64,000 bases of DNA from a virus, in IMG/VR virus record IMGVR_UViG_3300044658_000058, positions 64,001 to 128,000 of that record; one strand, given 5' to 3'. This document shows positions 36,691 through 46,171 of the stretch, one piece after another. A program made the translations under genes and the position numbers. Positions within the stretch are counted from its first letter, which is position 1. Each line of letters starts with the position of its first letter. The notes below the pieces were generated by a model. It had not been told where the DNA came from, searched no databases, and saw nothing but the letters and a program-made list of their open reading frames with translations.

Positions 36691-37233
36691 GTCTGACGTG
36701 AATATTTGTGGGTCCGGCAAAAGATTTGGTGCAACGCCAAGTTTATTCGGATTTATATCCACATGTACCCATGAATTTTGAATTCCATTTACCAGATTGA
36801 TGGAATCGGCCACTCTGGTAAATGGTTGAATTTCCTTCATGATATTATACATGTTGTCTTCGAAGTTTCGAATTTGCACGTCGAAGCCGAGGCCAATCAG
36901 ATGCGAAATTTCGTTCGGCAATCCATTTTGCGGAATGTTGTTCATGAACGCCGCTTTGATGATCAAGTCAGGTCCAAAATTTCCTAGCAATCCTTCCAAC
37001 ATTCCTCTTGCACCAGCCTGTAAATTTGATACTATCTTCCATAGAGGCATGTTGTTGCCGCCAGTTAGATTGAGCGGCAGACTAGAATCCGGAATGAGAG
37101 TGGCAGAAAATTTGGGCATCCAAGTTGCGGTGACCGGATTGTATGCACCAGAAGTAAGATGCGAAAGGTTGAAATTGCGGCTTAGCTGAATTCCAACGTC
37201 TATAATTGTGTTTTCGGTAATATCGAACGGCAT
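36637..37233 (-). CDS. Divergent peptidase M15 (Hedgehog/DD-peptidase fold) protein
   Basis: LSRNFNLSHLT, SHLIGLGFD, WVHVD; late promoter at 37258-37265. Confidence 0.65.
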   Translation of the reverse strand: MPFDITENTIIDVGIQLSRNFNLSHLTSGAYNPVTATWMPKFSATLIPDSSLPLNLTGGNNMPLWKIVSNLQAGARGMLEGLLGNFGPDLIIKAAFMNNIPQNGLPNEISHLIGLGFDVQIRNFEDNMYNIMKEIQPFTRVADSINLVNGIQNSWVHVDINPNKLGVAPNLLPDPQIFTSDLVSGLTTSGLSAIRGFL

Positions 37234-37343
37234 GGGTTAATTCCTGTGGTCTGAAAATATTTATATTGTCCCTCTTGACTCCCGCCAAAATAGTGCGTAT
37301 ATGAGCGGCGAGATTGGTACTAACCAACAGAGGGTGAACTAAA

Positions 37344-37730
37344 GTGAAAAAGTTTCTTGTAGCCGCTGCGATGCTGCTTTCGAGTGCAGTAGCCGCCCAC
37401 TCCATGACGAAGCTTGAAGATAGCTACATCAAGGACTATGTTCTTGCCAAAGCTGTCGTGATGCAGAATACTTTCTGTCATTTCAAGTCAGACCAGAATA
37501 TGTCGAATGTTGCGCAGCCGGTGATCGAAATTGGGGCGCAGATTCTCTCCAAGTATCCTGCAATCCAGAACGACATCAACAATGCCGCCAAGACGAGCGC
37601 TGTTGATTTCTACAAGATGCAGCAGAACAACACGTTGAATGCCTATTGCAAGCAGCAGAAGGCATCATTCAACAAACATTTCAAGTATCTCTACTCAACG
37701 CAGGACGAAAGCAACGAGAGCGCCGACTAA
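37344..37730 (+). CDS. Predicted exported protein
   Basis: Signal peptide MKKFLVAAAMLLSSAVAAHS; TTGACT-17-TATATG promoter. Confidence 0.7.
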   Translation: MKKFLVAAAMLLSSAVAAHSMTKLEDSYIKDYVLAKAVVMQNTFCHFKSDQNMSNVAQPVIEIGAQILSKYPAIQNDINNAAKTSAVDFYKMQQNNTLNAYCKQQKASFNKHFKYLYSTQDESNESAD

Positions 37731-38386
37731 GAGCCGTATTTGTCTTTGCCCAAGTCCTGTAGAAACTGCATCTTACCGGCGAAGCCACAACGCTTGTAGA
37801 AGTAGTCATATACTTCCCGGTTGGTTCTTTTCTGGGTCTTTGTTCCTCTCTTCTTATTGAGGACCAAATCATCCTTTTGGGTTCCAACCGATTGTGCTTC
37901 ATCTTCTGGCGAATTGATGCTCTTGTCAAGGATTTCTTTGACCTTAGAAGCACCGTTTACCGCATAGGCCATGAACATTTCGGCTTTCATCGGATCACGA
38001 CCAAGCGACTGGCGTAGTTGTGGTAGGTATTGGAGCATCTGATTCGCAATACCTTGTGCGTCCGAACCGTCAGAACGGGAAGTCATATCCTGTTTCCAGT
38101 CACATGCAAACAGAAGGATATCGTAGGGAACCTTCGTTTTCTTCGCTGCATCGGAAATATCTTCGAAAACTTTTTTCTGAATTTCCCCAGAAAGAAGCTG
38201 TTCCTTGGTGTTCGACAAATCTCTTGCTGTATTGATCACCTGAATCATGCCATTTGATGTGAAGTATGGATGTTCATGACCGACAACATTCGTCTTCAAC
38301 GAAGCATCGACCGGTTCATCATGTGCCTCTTCACCGTCACCAAGTTTAAATTGTGGGTAGTTTGGGTCGTTATAATCTAGACTCAT
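37727..38386 (-). CDS. Degenerate lytic transglycosylase-like protein
   Basis: LRQSLGRDPMKAEMFMAY..RTNREVY resembles phage SLT C-termini; no catalytic ES motif. Confidence 0.45.
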   Translation of the reverse strand: MSLDYNDPNYPQFKLGDGEEAHDEPVDASLKTNVVGHEHPYFTSNGMIQVINTARDLSNTKEQLLSGEIQKKVFEDISDAAKKTKVPYDILLFACDWKQDMTSRSDGSDAQGIANQMLQYLPQLRQSLGRDPMKAEMFMAYAVNGASKVKEILDKSINSPEDEAQSVGTQKDDLVLNKKRGTKTQKRTNREVYDYFYKRCGFAGKMQFLQDLGKDKYGS

Positions 38387-40743
38387 ACTGATGTTCTCTT
38401 GGTTGGGTCGTTTGGACCATAGGTTGTCATTGCGTCATCGGCGGTTGCTACGATATCTGGGTTCTTTCTCTGATATGGAGTTTTCAGAACCGTCGAACGC
38501 TTCTGTGGAGTTCCAAGATCGGTAGATTTACCGGTCATCTCTGGAATTTCCTTGGCTTGTCCTTCAAGCCACTTCAATGAACTAGCATCGGCATGGAAGC
38601 CTCCGCTCGAAAATACGGTTGTGTCGCCGCCCGACGATGTTGCCATGTTACCACCAGAGCGCATTTTGATATCGCCGCCAGCTTCCATGGTGATGTTGGA
38701 ATGCGCCACAAAGTCTATATTTTCGGCTTCAATAATCAGACGATTGCATTTGATTTGTAGAGTTTCACCGACTAGCACATCCTTTTTGCCGGATGTGTGT
38801 TCGACTGCATCATTACGAATAAGCATAGTCACTGTTCCATCAGAATGCATCGTGATATCAGAAGTCGAACGCATATCGATATCGTCTTTGACCGATACTT
38901 TATAAGCGCCCATGGTCAAATGATATGAATCGCCAGATGTGATGTTGTACATGTTGCCTTGGCTTTTCAGAAGGGTCGTACCTTCCGCTCCCATGGCCAA
39001 ACGTGATCCTGAACGATGCTGTAGGTTCACACGTTCGACACCGGGAGTGTCGTCCATTTCCCACATATGGCCCGTCAAAGAGGCATAGACGAAATTGTAC
39101 GGGTATTGTGGAGCTTCCGACATTTGGGGCTCGCCCACTGTTCCTTTGTCACCAGCGGTCGGAAATGTCGTCAAACGGGCATCATTGTTCTTCATAATTT
39201 CCGGTTGGAACATGTTGCCATTGAAACCAACGGCAGTATGATGAGTCGACGGCTTGCCTTGATAGCCACCATATGGCAAGGAACCGGATGGATCACGAAA
39301 ACCATTATTTCCATCGCCAGACGGATTTCCTGTATATTGGTTATAAAGTTCTGCATATTTTCCAACTGACATGCCGTTCACGTCGGTTGCGCCAGAATTT
39401 TTCATTCCACCTTCACCAGCAAACCATGCTTGTGCAGCGCCAGCGCCACCATATTTGGCCTTCAAACGTCCAAACTCGCCATCAAAAACGGCATCCTGTG
39501 CAGCCGGATTGGCTAGAAATTCACTTGGTGTAAGTGTCTGGCCATAATATTGTTGAGTCCATGACGGAATATTTGCACCCATGACTTGGTAAGCACCATA
39601 TGCACGGTCACCAGTTCTGGTTTCATTGCCAACGGCTGAATAATTACCGCCAGAGGATTCGATGTTTTTGATCGCCTGACGATCTTGTGGAGTAACCGCA
39701 CCGTTGTTCGTGGTCGAACCGGTTGTGGTTGAATCTGTATTTGATGAAGCGGTGTTGGCGGTCGTTGCATTGGTCGTGCGAACGTCCTTTAAGCCCGGCT
39801 TGCCCGGATACCAACCCGCTTGCTTGATCGCATCAATGAACCATGATGCCGTCGCACCGCCCCATGTGCGACCAGAGCCCGTGTCTATATGGATGAAGGT
39901 AGGATAGAGTCCAAAACCAACGAAACCACACTGTACGGCGGTCTGTGCGAATTTAGCAAGGTTTCCGTGTGAGTTGCCACCAATCGAGGAATACGGAATG
40001 TCGAAGGCACGACCATGCAAATGCTGCGAATGCTTTGCGGCACCGGGGAGAGTCGCATTATATGCGGGTGTTCTATAGGCCGAATTGATTTTTGGAGGCG
40101 TTCCCCAACGCTTAGCGAGTTCTTCAAGCGCCAATGCAGAGGCGTAGTGAATGAACAGAGACGAATCGGCATCTTTGCAGGCAAGACCATAATCGCCACG
40201 TGCTGGCGTTGATTTGTAAATTTTCAGCGGCCAATTTGGAATATTCTGTTTGGTCAAATGCGAGCCGTCATCAGAAATGACAGAGCCGCCACCCGGATTG
40301 ATTTGCGGTGCAGGATAGAATTCCCCCGTTACCGAATTAGGGTTTGGAGGCGTGGCAGAGCCCGAATACAGAGAATCGTTTGTGTGATAGCCTGAACCCG
40401 AGTTGCCGATGTAAGAGCCCGGCGCTGATGCATCATGAACACGGGGAATAGACCCAAGCACCATCGGAAACTGTGCCGTGTCGCCATCCAAGAACATGAC
40501 AAAAACCCACGAATCGGGTTTCAAATAATTTGGCGAAAATCCGACACCGGAAGTTGATGCCGATGACTGCAACACGGTTGCCCATGGAAGGTCAATGGTA
40601 GGAACTTTGTTGCGATCTACAGGGTGATGACCAAAACAACGAACCTTAACACGGCCAAGTGCGAGAGGGTCGGTAACGTCTTCCACAACTCCAATGGCAA
40701 ATTCAAATTTACCTTTTCCTAGAAATTGTTCAATATCTTTCAA
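38383..40743 (-). CDS. 5: Baseplate hub/central spike (gp5) with M15A peptidase and lysozyme-like domains
   Basis: OB fold GVVEDVTDPLALGRVKVRCFG; SAYR..SQHLHGRAFD..FIHID; IESSGGNY..AYGAYQ; YPYN..GHMWEMDDTPG. Confidence 0.92.
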   Translation of the reverse strand: MKDIEQFLGKGKFEFAIGVVEDVTDPLALGRVKVRCFGHHPVDRNKVPTIDLPWATVLQSSASTSGVGFSPNYLKPDSWVFVMFLDGDTAQFPMVLGSIPRVHDASAPGSYIGNSGSGYHTNDSLYSGSATPPNPNSVTGEFYPAPQINPGGGSVISDDGSHLTKQNIPNWPLKIYKSTPARGDYGLACKDADSSLFIHYASALALEELAKRWGTPPKINSAYRTPAYNATLPGAAKHSQHLHGRAFDIPYSSIGGNSHGNLAKFAQTAVQCGFVGFGLYPTFIHIDTGSGRTWGGATASWFIDAIKQAGWYPGKPGLKDVRTTNATTANTASSNTDSTTTGSTTNNGAVTPQDRQAIKNIESSGGNYSAVGNETRTGDRAYGAYQVMGANIPSWTQQYYGQTLTPSEFLANPAAQDAVFDGEFGRLKAKYGGAGAAQAWFAGEGGMKNSGATDVNGMSVGKYAELYNQYTGNPSGDGNNGFRDPSGSLPYGGYQGKPSTHHTAVGFNGNMFQPEIMKNNDARLTTFPTAGDKGTVGEPQMSEAPQYPYNFVYASLTGHMWEMDDTPGVERVNLQHRSGSRLAMGAEGTTLLKSQGNMYNITSGDSYHLTMGAYKVSVKDDIDMRSTSDITMHSDGTVTMLIRNDAVEHTSGKKDVLVGETLQIKCNRLIIEAENIDFVAHSNITMEAGGDIKMRSGGNMATSSGGDTTVFSSGGFHADASSLKWLEGQAKEIPEMTGKSTDLGTPQKRSTVLKTPYQRKNPDIVATADDAMTTYGPNDPTKRTSV

Positions 40744-42198
40744 TTATACTTTCTCCCCGCCCGAGTTCGGCCATAGTGGACTCAGCGGTGTTGTTGTGTT
40801 TGTCGGAATCGACGGTCTAGCCGGGAAAGTAGCAATGTTTTCTGTGATAACACCTTCGTCCGCACCTTCTGTAGGATTGGATGGAAGAGCGTCTTGATCA
40901 TATGTGTTCTTTGCACATTGCATCACACAAGCGTAACCATCTGCATTGTATATATGACGAATACCAAGTACCAAATACCATCCAGAAACATAACGATTGA
41001 TCTTTCCTTCAATATCGTCCGTTGCGCCAAATTCCGGAAACTGTAAGTCAATTATATCGCCAGCACGTCTATCTGTGTCCCCCGGTATTGTTACTTCGAC
41101 TAGAACATTATCGAGAACACCCAAGGAACCGGCTTTGATATGGAAGAAATCTGGTTTTTGATCCTTGTCCACACCGGAGCCCGATGCATTCGTCATGAAG
41201 AAATTTTCCATCGACGTTTTGGCCGAAATCAACGTAGTGTCCTGTGACATGAATTTTCCGCCGCCTTTGCCAGAGGTATGGCGAAGGTCCGAATAGTTGG
41301 AAAAATAGTCGTAAGTGTGTGATGTAAATTCCGAGTAAATGGGATCGATGTAATATGCCGTATTTTCCCAACCGCCAGAAACGCCAGCACGGTCAGCATT
41401 GAACAACTGAATAAATTGGAAGTCGGTCATTTTCAGCATTTCATAAGGCTTGCTGGACTGTCTAGAACCGCCACCGGCACCGGTTCCTGCATCATCACGG
41501 GGTGTTCGGTCCGGATTTTCCCAATCCTTCACTACCGCCCAATATTTTTCCTTAGTGGAATTGGAGCTAATCAATTCATCAATTGTCTTGAAGTTGAATT
41601 CACCATTGCAATCTTCATAAAAAACGTAATTGGAAGCCTTATAGGTGGCGCTCATGGCTTCCTGTGAGAGCCATTCGATGGCTCTCGTCGGCTTCATGGA
41701 AGGTATAACAATGGTTCGTTGGCCTTCTGTGTCGGAAGCGTTTAGAGTTTTCTTAGACACTAGGTAAGAAGAATGAATATCCTTAATCATATCAGAAATG
41801 GTCTTCTGGCGATATGATTGTTCGATACGTGTCATAAAATTTTGGAAGTATTCGGTAGACGCCAAATGAACAATATAGTTTGTCATACGTGGTTTTGAAC
41901 GAACGACATTTTCAATCGAGGCAATACGAAATTCCAAATCAATCGATTTTAGAACAGAATCGTGCGGCGTCTTGAATTTAATATGGACTGTTTCTTGTCC
42001 GACAAGCGGAATGATCGTAGTCAAGGATAGAGCATCCGAAAGCACCATGTCTGCCGTCAGAAACGGTTCCGTAATGGCTTCATAGATGCTAAATTCTTGA
42101 ACTAAGTTTTTGATTTCCCAAGGATCACCGCCAAGATCACTCTTAATAGTGATCGTGTCGATGACAATACTACCGGCAGGAAGTTTTTGATCAACCAT
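40744..42198 (-). CDS. Baseplate hub protein (gp27-like)
   Basis: FSIYEAI..PLVGQE; YVFYE; IPGD..AGDII..SGWYLV; sits between gp53 and gp5. Confidence 0.7.
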   Translation of the reverse strand: MVDQKLPAGSIVIDTITIKSDLGGDPWEIKNLVQEFSIYEAITEPFLTADMVLSDALSLTTIIPLVGQETVHIKFKTPHDSVLKSIDLEFRIASIENVVRSKPRMTNYIVHLASTEYFQNFMTRIEQSYRQKTISDMIKDIHSSYLVSKKTLNASDTEGQRTIVIPSMKPTRAIEWLSQEAMSATYKASNYVFYEDCNGEFNFKTIDELISSNSTKEKYWAVVKDWENPDRTPRDDAGTGAGGGSRQSSKPYEMLKMTDFQFIQLFNADRAGVSGGWENTAYYIDPIYSEFTSHTYDYFSNYSDLRHTSGKGGGKFMSQDTTLISAKTSMENFFMTNASGSGVDKDQKPDFFHIKAGSLGVLDNVLVEVTIPGDTDRRAGDIIDLQFPEFGATDDIEGKINRYVSGWYLVLGIRHIYNADGYACVMQCAKNTYDQDALPSNPTEGADEGVITENIATFPARPSIPTNTTTPLSPLWPNSGGEKV

Positions 42199-42764
42199 TA
42201 CTTAAATATATTCTTCAATTCTTCTTCAATTTGTGGAATGTATGATGGTTTAATCAAAGAAATTTCACGTTTGCTTTCGTTTAGATCATGTTCATAGTCA
42301 TAAGCGTAAACCAACTTGCGTTCATTATTCACCAATCCAAGGTATGTTGACTGGTCTACCCTAACAGAGCGCTCTTCAACAATTGTACCGTCATAGTATT
42401 GAGTGCGAGGTTGAATAATTTGATAATAGGCATAAACAGTCTGTGTAGCGATGGGAACACTACCGTATTTAGTTTCGATATAGTCATCGAATTCAGTTGA
42501 CGATAGTGGCCAATCGAAATACGGATCAATAATTGAATTGGTAATCAGAATCAATTCTGAAAGTTCTGGACGACCATAGTAACGGTCAGCAACTACAAAT
42601 GGTTTCTCTCCGTCACGAACGACGTAATTGAATAGAGATTCTGTATAACTTAGAACAATATCTCTAATTTTATAACGAACCATAATGTTGGTTGAAGTGA
42701 CTGGAACACCACTCTTGTTGATATCATATTGAATTTGTGGAAATACATCAAAAAATGCTGACAT
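42198..42764 (-). CDS. 53: Baseplate wedge subunit (gp53)
   Basis: FFDVFPQIQY, DGEKP..VADRYYG, DWPLS, YEHDLNESKREI. Confidence 0.9.
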   Translation of the reverse strand: MSAFFDVFPQIQYDINKSGVPVTSTNIMVRYKIRDIVLSYTESLFNYVVRDGEKPFVVADRYYGRPELSELILITNSIIDPYFDWPLSSTEFDDYIETKYGSVPIATQTVYAYYQIIQPRTQYYDGTIVEERSVRVDQSTYLGLVNNERKLVYAYDYEHDLNESKREISLIKPSYIPQIEEELKNIFK

Positions 42765-43663
42765 TAATATCCAGCCTCAATATCTTCTTTTGTAAGAATA
42801 GAAATTTCTTGGAAACTCAAATTCATTGACAGAGACAATGGAATAGATTTATCTGCACGAAAGTATGATTTTGTGCCTTCTGCATGAAAATTGAATGTCG
42901 CATTGGTCAACACGCATGTAACGAACTTGAAAAGGTAATCGTCATCTGGGCCAAGTTCGATTCTCCACACATCAGGATACTTGAAGATGTTATCCTGATA
43001 TCCCTGTGCGAATTCCGGATGCATTCCGAGTTTGAATTCTTTTGAAATTTGGCGAAGAATATCGGCTTCTTGCAAATTTGACGGAATAAATTTATATGCG
43101 AAGTCGAATGTTCTGAAATTTGGCGATGAATACAGAACCGCCTTGTATGGATTGACCGACAATCCAGCGCCACGGGAGAAAGCTTCACCGATCTTCGTAT
43201 CCGCCGCAAAATCGAGAGCGAACGCCTGTGCAAAAGCTGATGCCTTATCTCCGGTGTTGGCTTTCGCATAATCGACCATCGAATCGAGAATCGCACCAAC
43301 GCCGCCACCTTTCTTGTTGGCACCCTTCATGATATCGCCAGCCGCATTCACGACCAGATTCCCTACCAATCCAAGATCGACATTCTGCCAATCGGCAGAA
43401 TATTGGGCCTGCAAATCGAGCGGTACGGGCAAGGTTATCAAACTGCCGACACGGGATTCTACAGGAGGGGTTTTGGCGTCTGAACGGGAGTATTTGTAGC
43501 GTTGAAAATGGATAATGTGCTTCCATTCCGACATGAGCGTTTTCGGAAACGTCAGCGGAGCGGACGTAGCTGACGTGCTAGCAGCATTCATCTTGTCTTC
43601 CGCAGTTTGGGAAGCTGATTTTTGAGTAATTGTAATTGTTGTCGGTGGAGTTTTTGTCGCCAT
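42764..43663 (-). CDS. 48: Baseplate tail-tube cap (gp48)
   Basis: NPY..LYSSPNFRTFDFAYKFIP..YPD..LSFQE. Confidence 0.82.
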   Translation of the reverse strand: MATKTPPTTITITQKSASQTAEDKMNAASTSATSAPLTFPKTLMSEWKHIIHFQRYKYSRSDAKTPPVESRVGSLITLPVPLDLQAQYSADWQNVDLGLVGNLVVNAAGDIMKGANKKGGGVGAILDSMVDYAKANTGDKASAFAQAFALDFAADTKIGEAFSRGAGLSVNPYKAVLYSSPNFRTFDFAYKFIPSNLQEADILRQISKEFKLGMHPEFAQGYQDNIFKYPDVWRIELGPDDDYLFKFVTCVLTNATFNFHAEGTKSYFRADKSIPLSLSMNLSFQEISILTKEDIEAGY

Positions 43664-43674
43664 CAGTATGCCCG

Positions 43675-43706
43675 TAAATAGTATGAAACTATTTATACCC
43701 TAAATA
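43675..43706. promoter_or_regulatory. Divergent late promoters for gp48 and gp4
   Basis: TATAAATA on minus (43690-43697); CTAAATA on plus (43700-43706). Confidence 0.65.
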
Positions 43707-43711
43707 CGGGC

Positions 43712-44209
43712 ATGACGAAATTTCTATTACCAGAAGAAGACGCTAAGAAGCGTCGAAAGGCAAAAAAGAAGTCGAAACTTCCGCAACCGAAGTATTTTGT
43801 GGCCGAAAATCCGCAAAAATACATGGGCGACCCTAATTGTATTATCGCCCGTTCAAATCTGGAAAGAAAATTTTACAAAATTTTTGATTCCAACCCGGCA
43901 ATTCTCAAATGGGGTTGTGAAGAGATGTTCATTCGTTACAAATCATCTATCGACGGAAGTATTCATCGTTACTTTCCGGATGCAGTTATCAAAATCAAGA
44001 CACGTTCTGGCAAAACAATCGTGTGTATGATTGAAATCAAGCCAAAAAAACAGTGTTTTCCGCCAAAAAACACTAAATCCAAGCGTTTTTTGAACGAACA
44101 AATAACTTATCAGACGAATCAGGACAAATGGAAAGCAGCCAAAGACTTTTGTAAAGCCAATGGCATGGTCTTTCACGTACTAACCGAAGAGCATGTAGGA
44201 GGGTTTTAG
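43712..44209 (+). CDS. 4: Head completion nuclease (gp4)
   Basis: NPQKYMGD, RSNLE, HRYFPD, IEIKP, N..KWKAA. Confidence 0.92.
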   Translation: MTKFLLPEEDAKKRRKAKKKSKLPQPKYFVAENPQKYMGDPNCIIARSNLERKFYKIFDSNPAILKWGCEEMFIRYKSSIDGSIHRYFPDAVIKIKTRSGKTIVCMIEIKPKKQCFPPKNTKSKRFLNEQITYQTNQDKWKAAKDFCKANGMVFHVLTEEHVGGF

Positions 44210-44490
44210 CCGTAATAGCCGAGATAGGCGACCGGGATTTGCGTCACTTCATAATTCGGGTCGGATCGATAAACGGTTTCCCACGTGTGCTTAACAATGT
44301 CTTCACTCGAATTGGCCAGAGGCGCACAACTGGAAAAATTTTTGGGAATTTTCCCCCATTCTTCCCGACGTTTTTGGAAAACAGCGCCCCGCTCTTTATG
44401 CACAAGCCAATATGCATTGACGATGCATTCGCCGTTCTTTGGGTTCTGTAGCTTGTCCAGAGGGATGAAATAAAGCCTATCGATATCCAT
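44206..44490 (-). CDS. Hypothetical protein
   Basis: In the minus-strand operon. Confidence 0.6.
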   Translation of the reverse strand: MDIDRLYFIPLDKLQNPKNGECIVNAYWLVHKERGAVFQKRREEWGKIPKNFSSCAPLANSSEDIVKHTWETVYRSDPNYEVTQIPVAYLGYYG

Positions 44491-44674
44491 GAGGGAACAC
44501 CTTCTCTTTCACGAATTCTTCCATATTGCCGGGAAATTTCAGATAGGATGCGAACGTGTAGAGCGAGTCGAAGTCCTTTGAGCGAAGCCGAATCGTTTCT
44601 TTATCGTAATCGATCACGGCTTTGACGATATGCCCGTCAAGATCATACTCTCTTTCGACGGGGTTGTCATTCAT
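44477..44674 (-). CDS. Hypothetical protein
   Basis: ATGA coupling. Confidence 0.6.
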   Translation of the reverse strand: MNDNPVEREYDLDGHIVKAVIDYDKETIRLRSKDFDSLYTFASYLKFPGNMEEFVKEKVFPHGYR

Positions 44675-45141
44675 CCAATCCTACTCCCGTCCGGTCGCAT
44701 TTTGACGCCTCCGTCAGCCGGATCACATGGATGGTGACCCATGACCGCAAAATATTTGTCCCGCATGAGTTTCTTGCCATTGAACCAGAAACCCCAACGA
44801 CGGGACGGTTTTCCGGTAATCAGGAAAGTCCAAGTACCGGGAATCACATTCTGGACGGAATGTCGAAATTCGGCTTCCCGAAATCGGACCATGCCGGGTC
44901 GCAGTGTTTCCTTGAAAGTGAACCCTTCCTTCGGCGTGAGTGAAATATCGTCATAACCGCCCTTCAAGATGAAGGTGAGAAACCAGTACGGATGATCGTG
45001 ATAGGCCCGATGATCATCATCGCCAAGCCAATGATGGAGGCGAAGTGAAAACCAGCCGAAATCAAGAACATATTTGTAAAAATATGGACATTCTTTCAGA
45101 CCGCCCGGCTGTTTCCATGTGAGTTTGGGGAGAAATCTCAT
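44671..45141 (-). CDS. Cupin-like protein
   Basis: LRLHHW..DD..YHDHPY..ILKGGY..HSV..WTFLITG..WGF. Confidence 0.7.
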   Translation of the reverse strand: MRFLPKLTWKQPGGLKECPYFYKYVLDFGWFSLRLHHWLGDDDHRAYHDHPYWFLTFILKGGYDDISLTPKEGFTFKETLRPGMVRFREAEFRHSVQNVIPGTWTFLITGKPSRRWGFWFNGKKLMRDKYFAVMGHHPCDPADGGVKMRPDGSRIG

Positions 45142-45431
45142 TTGTAGTATCTCTCCGCAAATTCTTTGGCCGTTTGAACCCAATAGGGAGTAGCCATACC
45201 GAGTGTAGCGGAAAGGATATTTCCGAGAATTTCCACCTTCCCGTCAACGACCATCGTATCACGCTTTGAGACACGATGTGTTCTTGCCAGTTTTAAGAAG
45301 GTTTGGTGGGTCGTCATCATTTTGACCCAGACGACCGCTTGCGTCTTGTCAAATTTCCAACCTCCCGGCGCTGGAAATTCTTTAGCGCCGCCCGCCGTCG
45401 AAATTACTACCTTCTGTTCGCTCATAAACAA
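45138..45431 (-). CDS. Hypothetical protein
   Basis: In operon. Confidence 0.6.
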   Translation of the reverse strand: MFMSEQKVVISTAGGAKEFPAPGGWKFDKTQAVVWVKMMTTHQTFLKLARTHRVSKRDTMVVDGKVEILGNILSATLGMATPYWVQTAKEFAERYYK

Positions 45432-45966
45432 TCAATCCCGATTCCACATGCTTTCCATCAATCTGGAACGTATCATAGGGGAGAGGATGAAAGTTGTCAA
45501 TATATTTGTTAATATTTTCAGAATCTTTACGCACCAGTGCGACAAGCTTGCCGCCCGGTTTCAAAAATCTGATTGCATGATCAACGTGAGGGATTGAATT
45601 TTTTGGCGGGCACATTAGAACGGCATCGAACTTCCGTGCGTAAGTCACGTTTGGATTGAGTGTGAGAAAATCGTGATTGAGACAACGAAAACCCTTGGAC
45701 TCAAGATACGAGGCGGCTTTCTTGTTCAATTCAACGCACTCTACATGAGCGCCTAATAATCTGGCAATTTTAGCCAGATTGCCATAACCGGCAGATGGTT
45801 CTAAAACACGGGAACCATCTTGAACACCAGCAAGATTGGCCATTTCAATAGCCAAGAACATAGGTGTTTCTTTTGCAGGAAGATTGGTCCGAGTGGACCG
45901 ATTCGAACAGCCGACCCCTAAGTTTTCATCTGGGCTTTCATCCGGTTTGGTTTCTGTAGCGAACAT
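45382..45966 (-). CDS. Small methyltransferase-like protein (start 45966 or 45861)
   Basis: VLEPSAGYG, VELN, DFL, FDAVLMCPP (NPPF motif altered). Confidence 0.75.
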   Translation of the reverse strand: MFATETKPDESPDENLGVGCSNRSTRTNLPAKETPMFLAIEMANLAGVQDGSRVLEPSAGYGNLAKIARLLGAHVECVELNKKAASYLESKGFRCLNHDFLTLNPNVTYARKFDAVLMCPPKNSIPHVDHAIRFLKPGGKLVALVRKDSENINKYIDNFHPLPYDTFQIDGKHVESGLIVYERTEGSNFDGGRR

Positions 45967-46106
45967 ATTACCCTATCGGAATCCCTGTAGATTTCATTCG
46001 TCATTGTCGCTCTGTTCGTACCAGCCGTCGCCAGTCATCCCTTCGCTATCGTCCGAACTAATTTCTCCTACCAGCCTTAGTGCTCTACCAACTGAGCTAC
46101 ACTCGG
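45885..46106 (-). tRNA. Interrupted tRNA, probably Phe(GAA), with a ~147-nt insert in the anticodon loop
   Basis: 5' half CCGAGTG-TA-GCTC-AGTTGGTA-GAGC-A-CTAAG (46106-46076); 3' half TGAAAA-CTTAG-GGGTC-GGCTG-TTCGAAT-CGGTC-CACTCGG-A-CCA (45928-45885). Confidence 0.8.
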
Positions 46107-46114
46107 ATAACCTC

Positions 46115-46143
46115 TAGATATGTGAACCCCATTTCGATGTCAA
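46115..46143 (-). promoter_or_regulatory. sigma70-type promoter of the split tRNA
   Basis: TTGACA-17-TATCTA, 8 nt before tRNA position 1. Confidence 0.65.
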
Positions 46144-46171
46144 TGGACGATTTTTACTTTTTTTGTAGTTA

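Noticed and set aside
43712-44209. TnsA transposase or mobile element
   Set aside because: Motifs and position fit the T4 gp4 head completion nuclease, which shares that fold
45929-46075. Group I intron in the tRNA
   Set aside because: Only ~147 nt, with no recognisable P7 R/S elements
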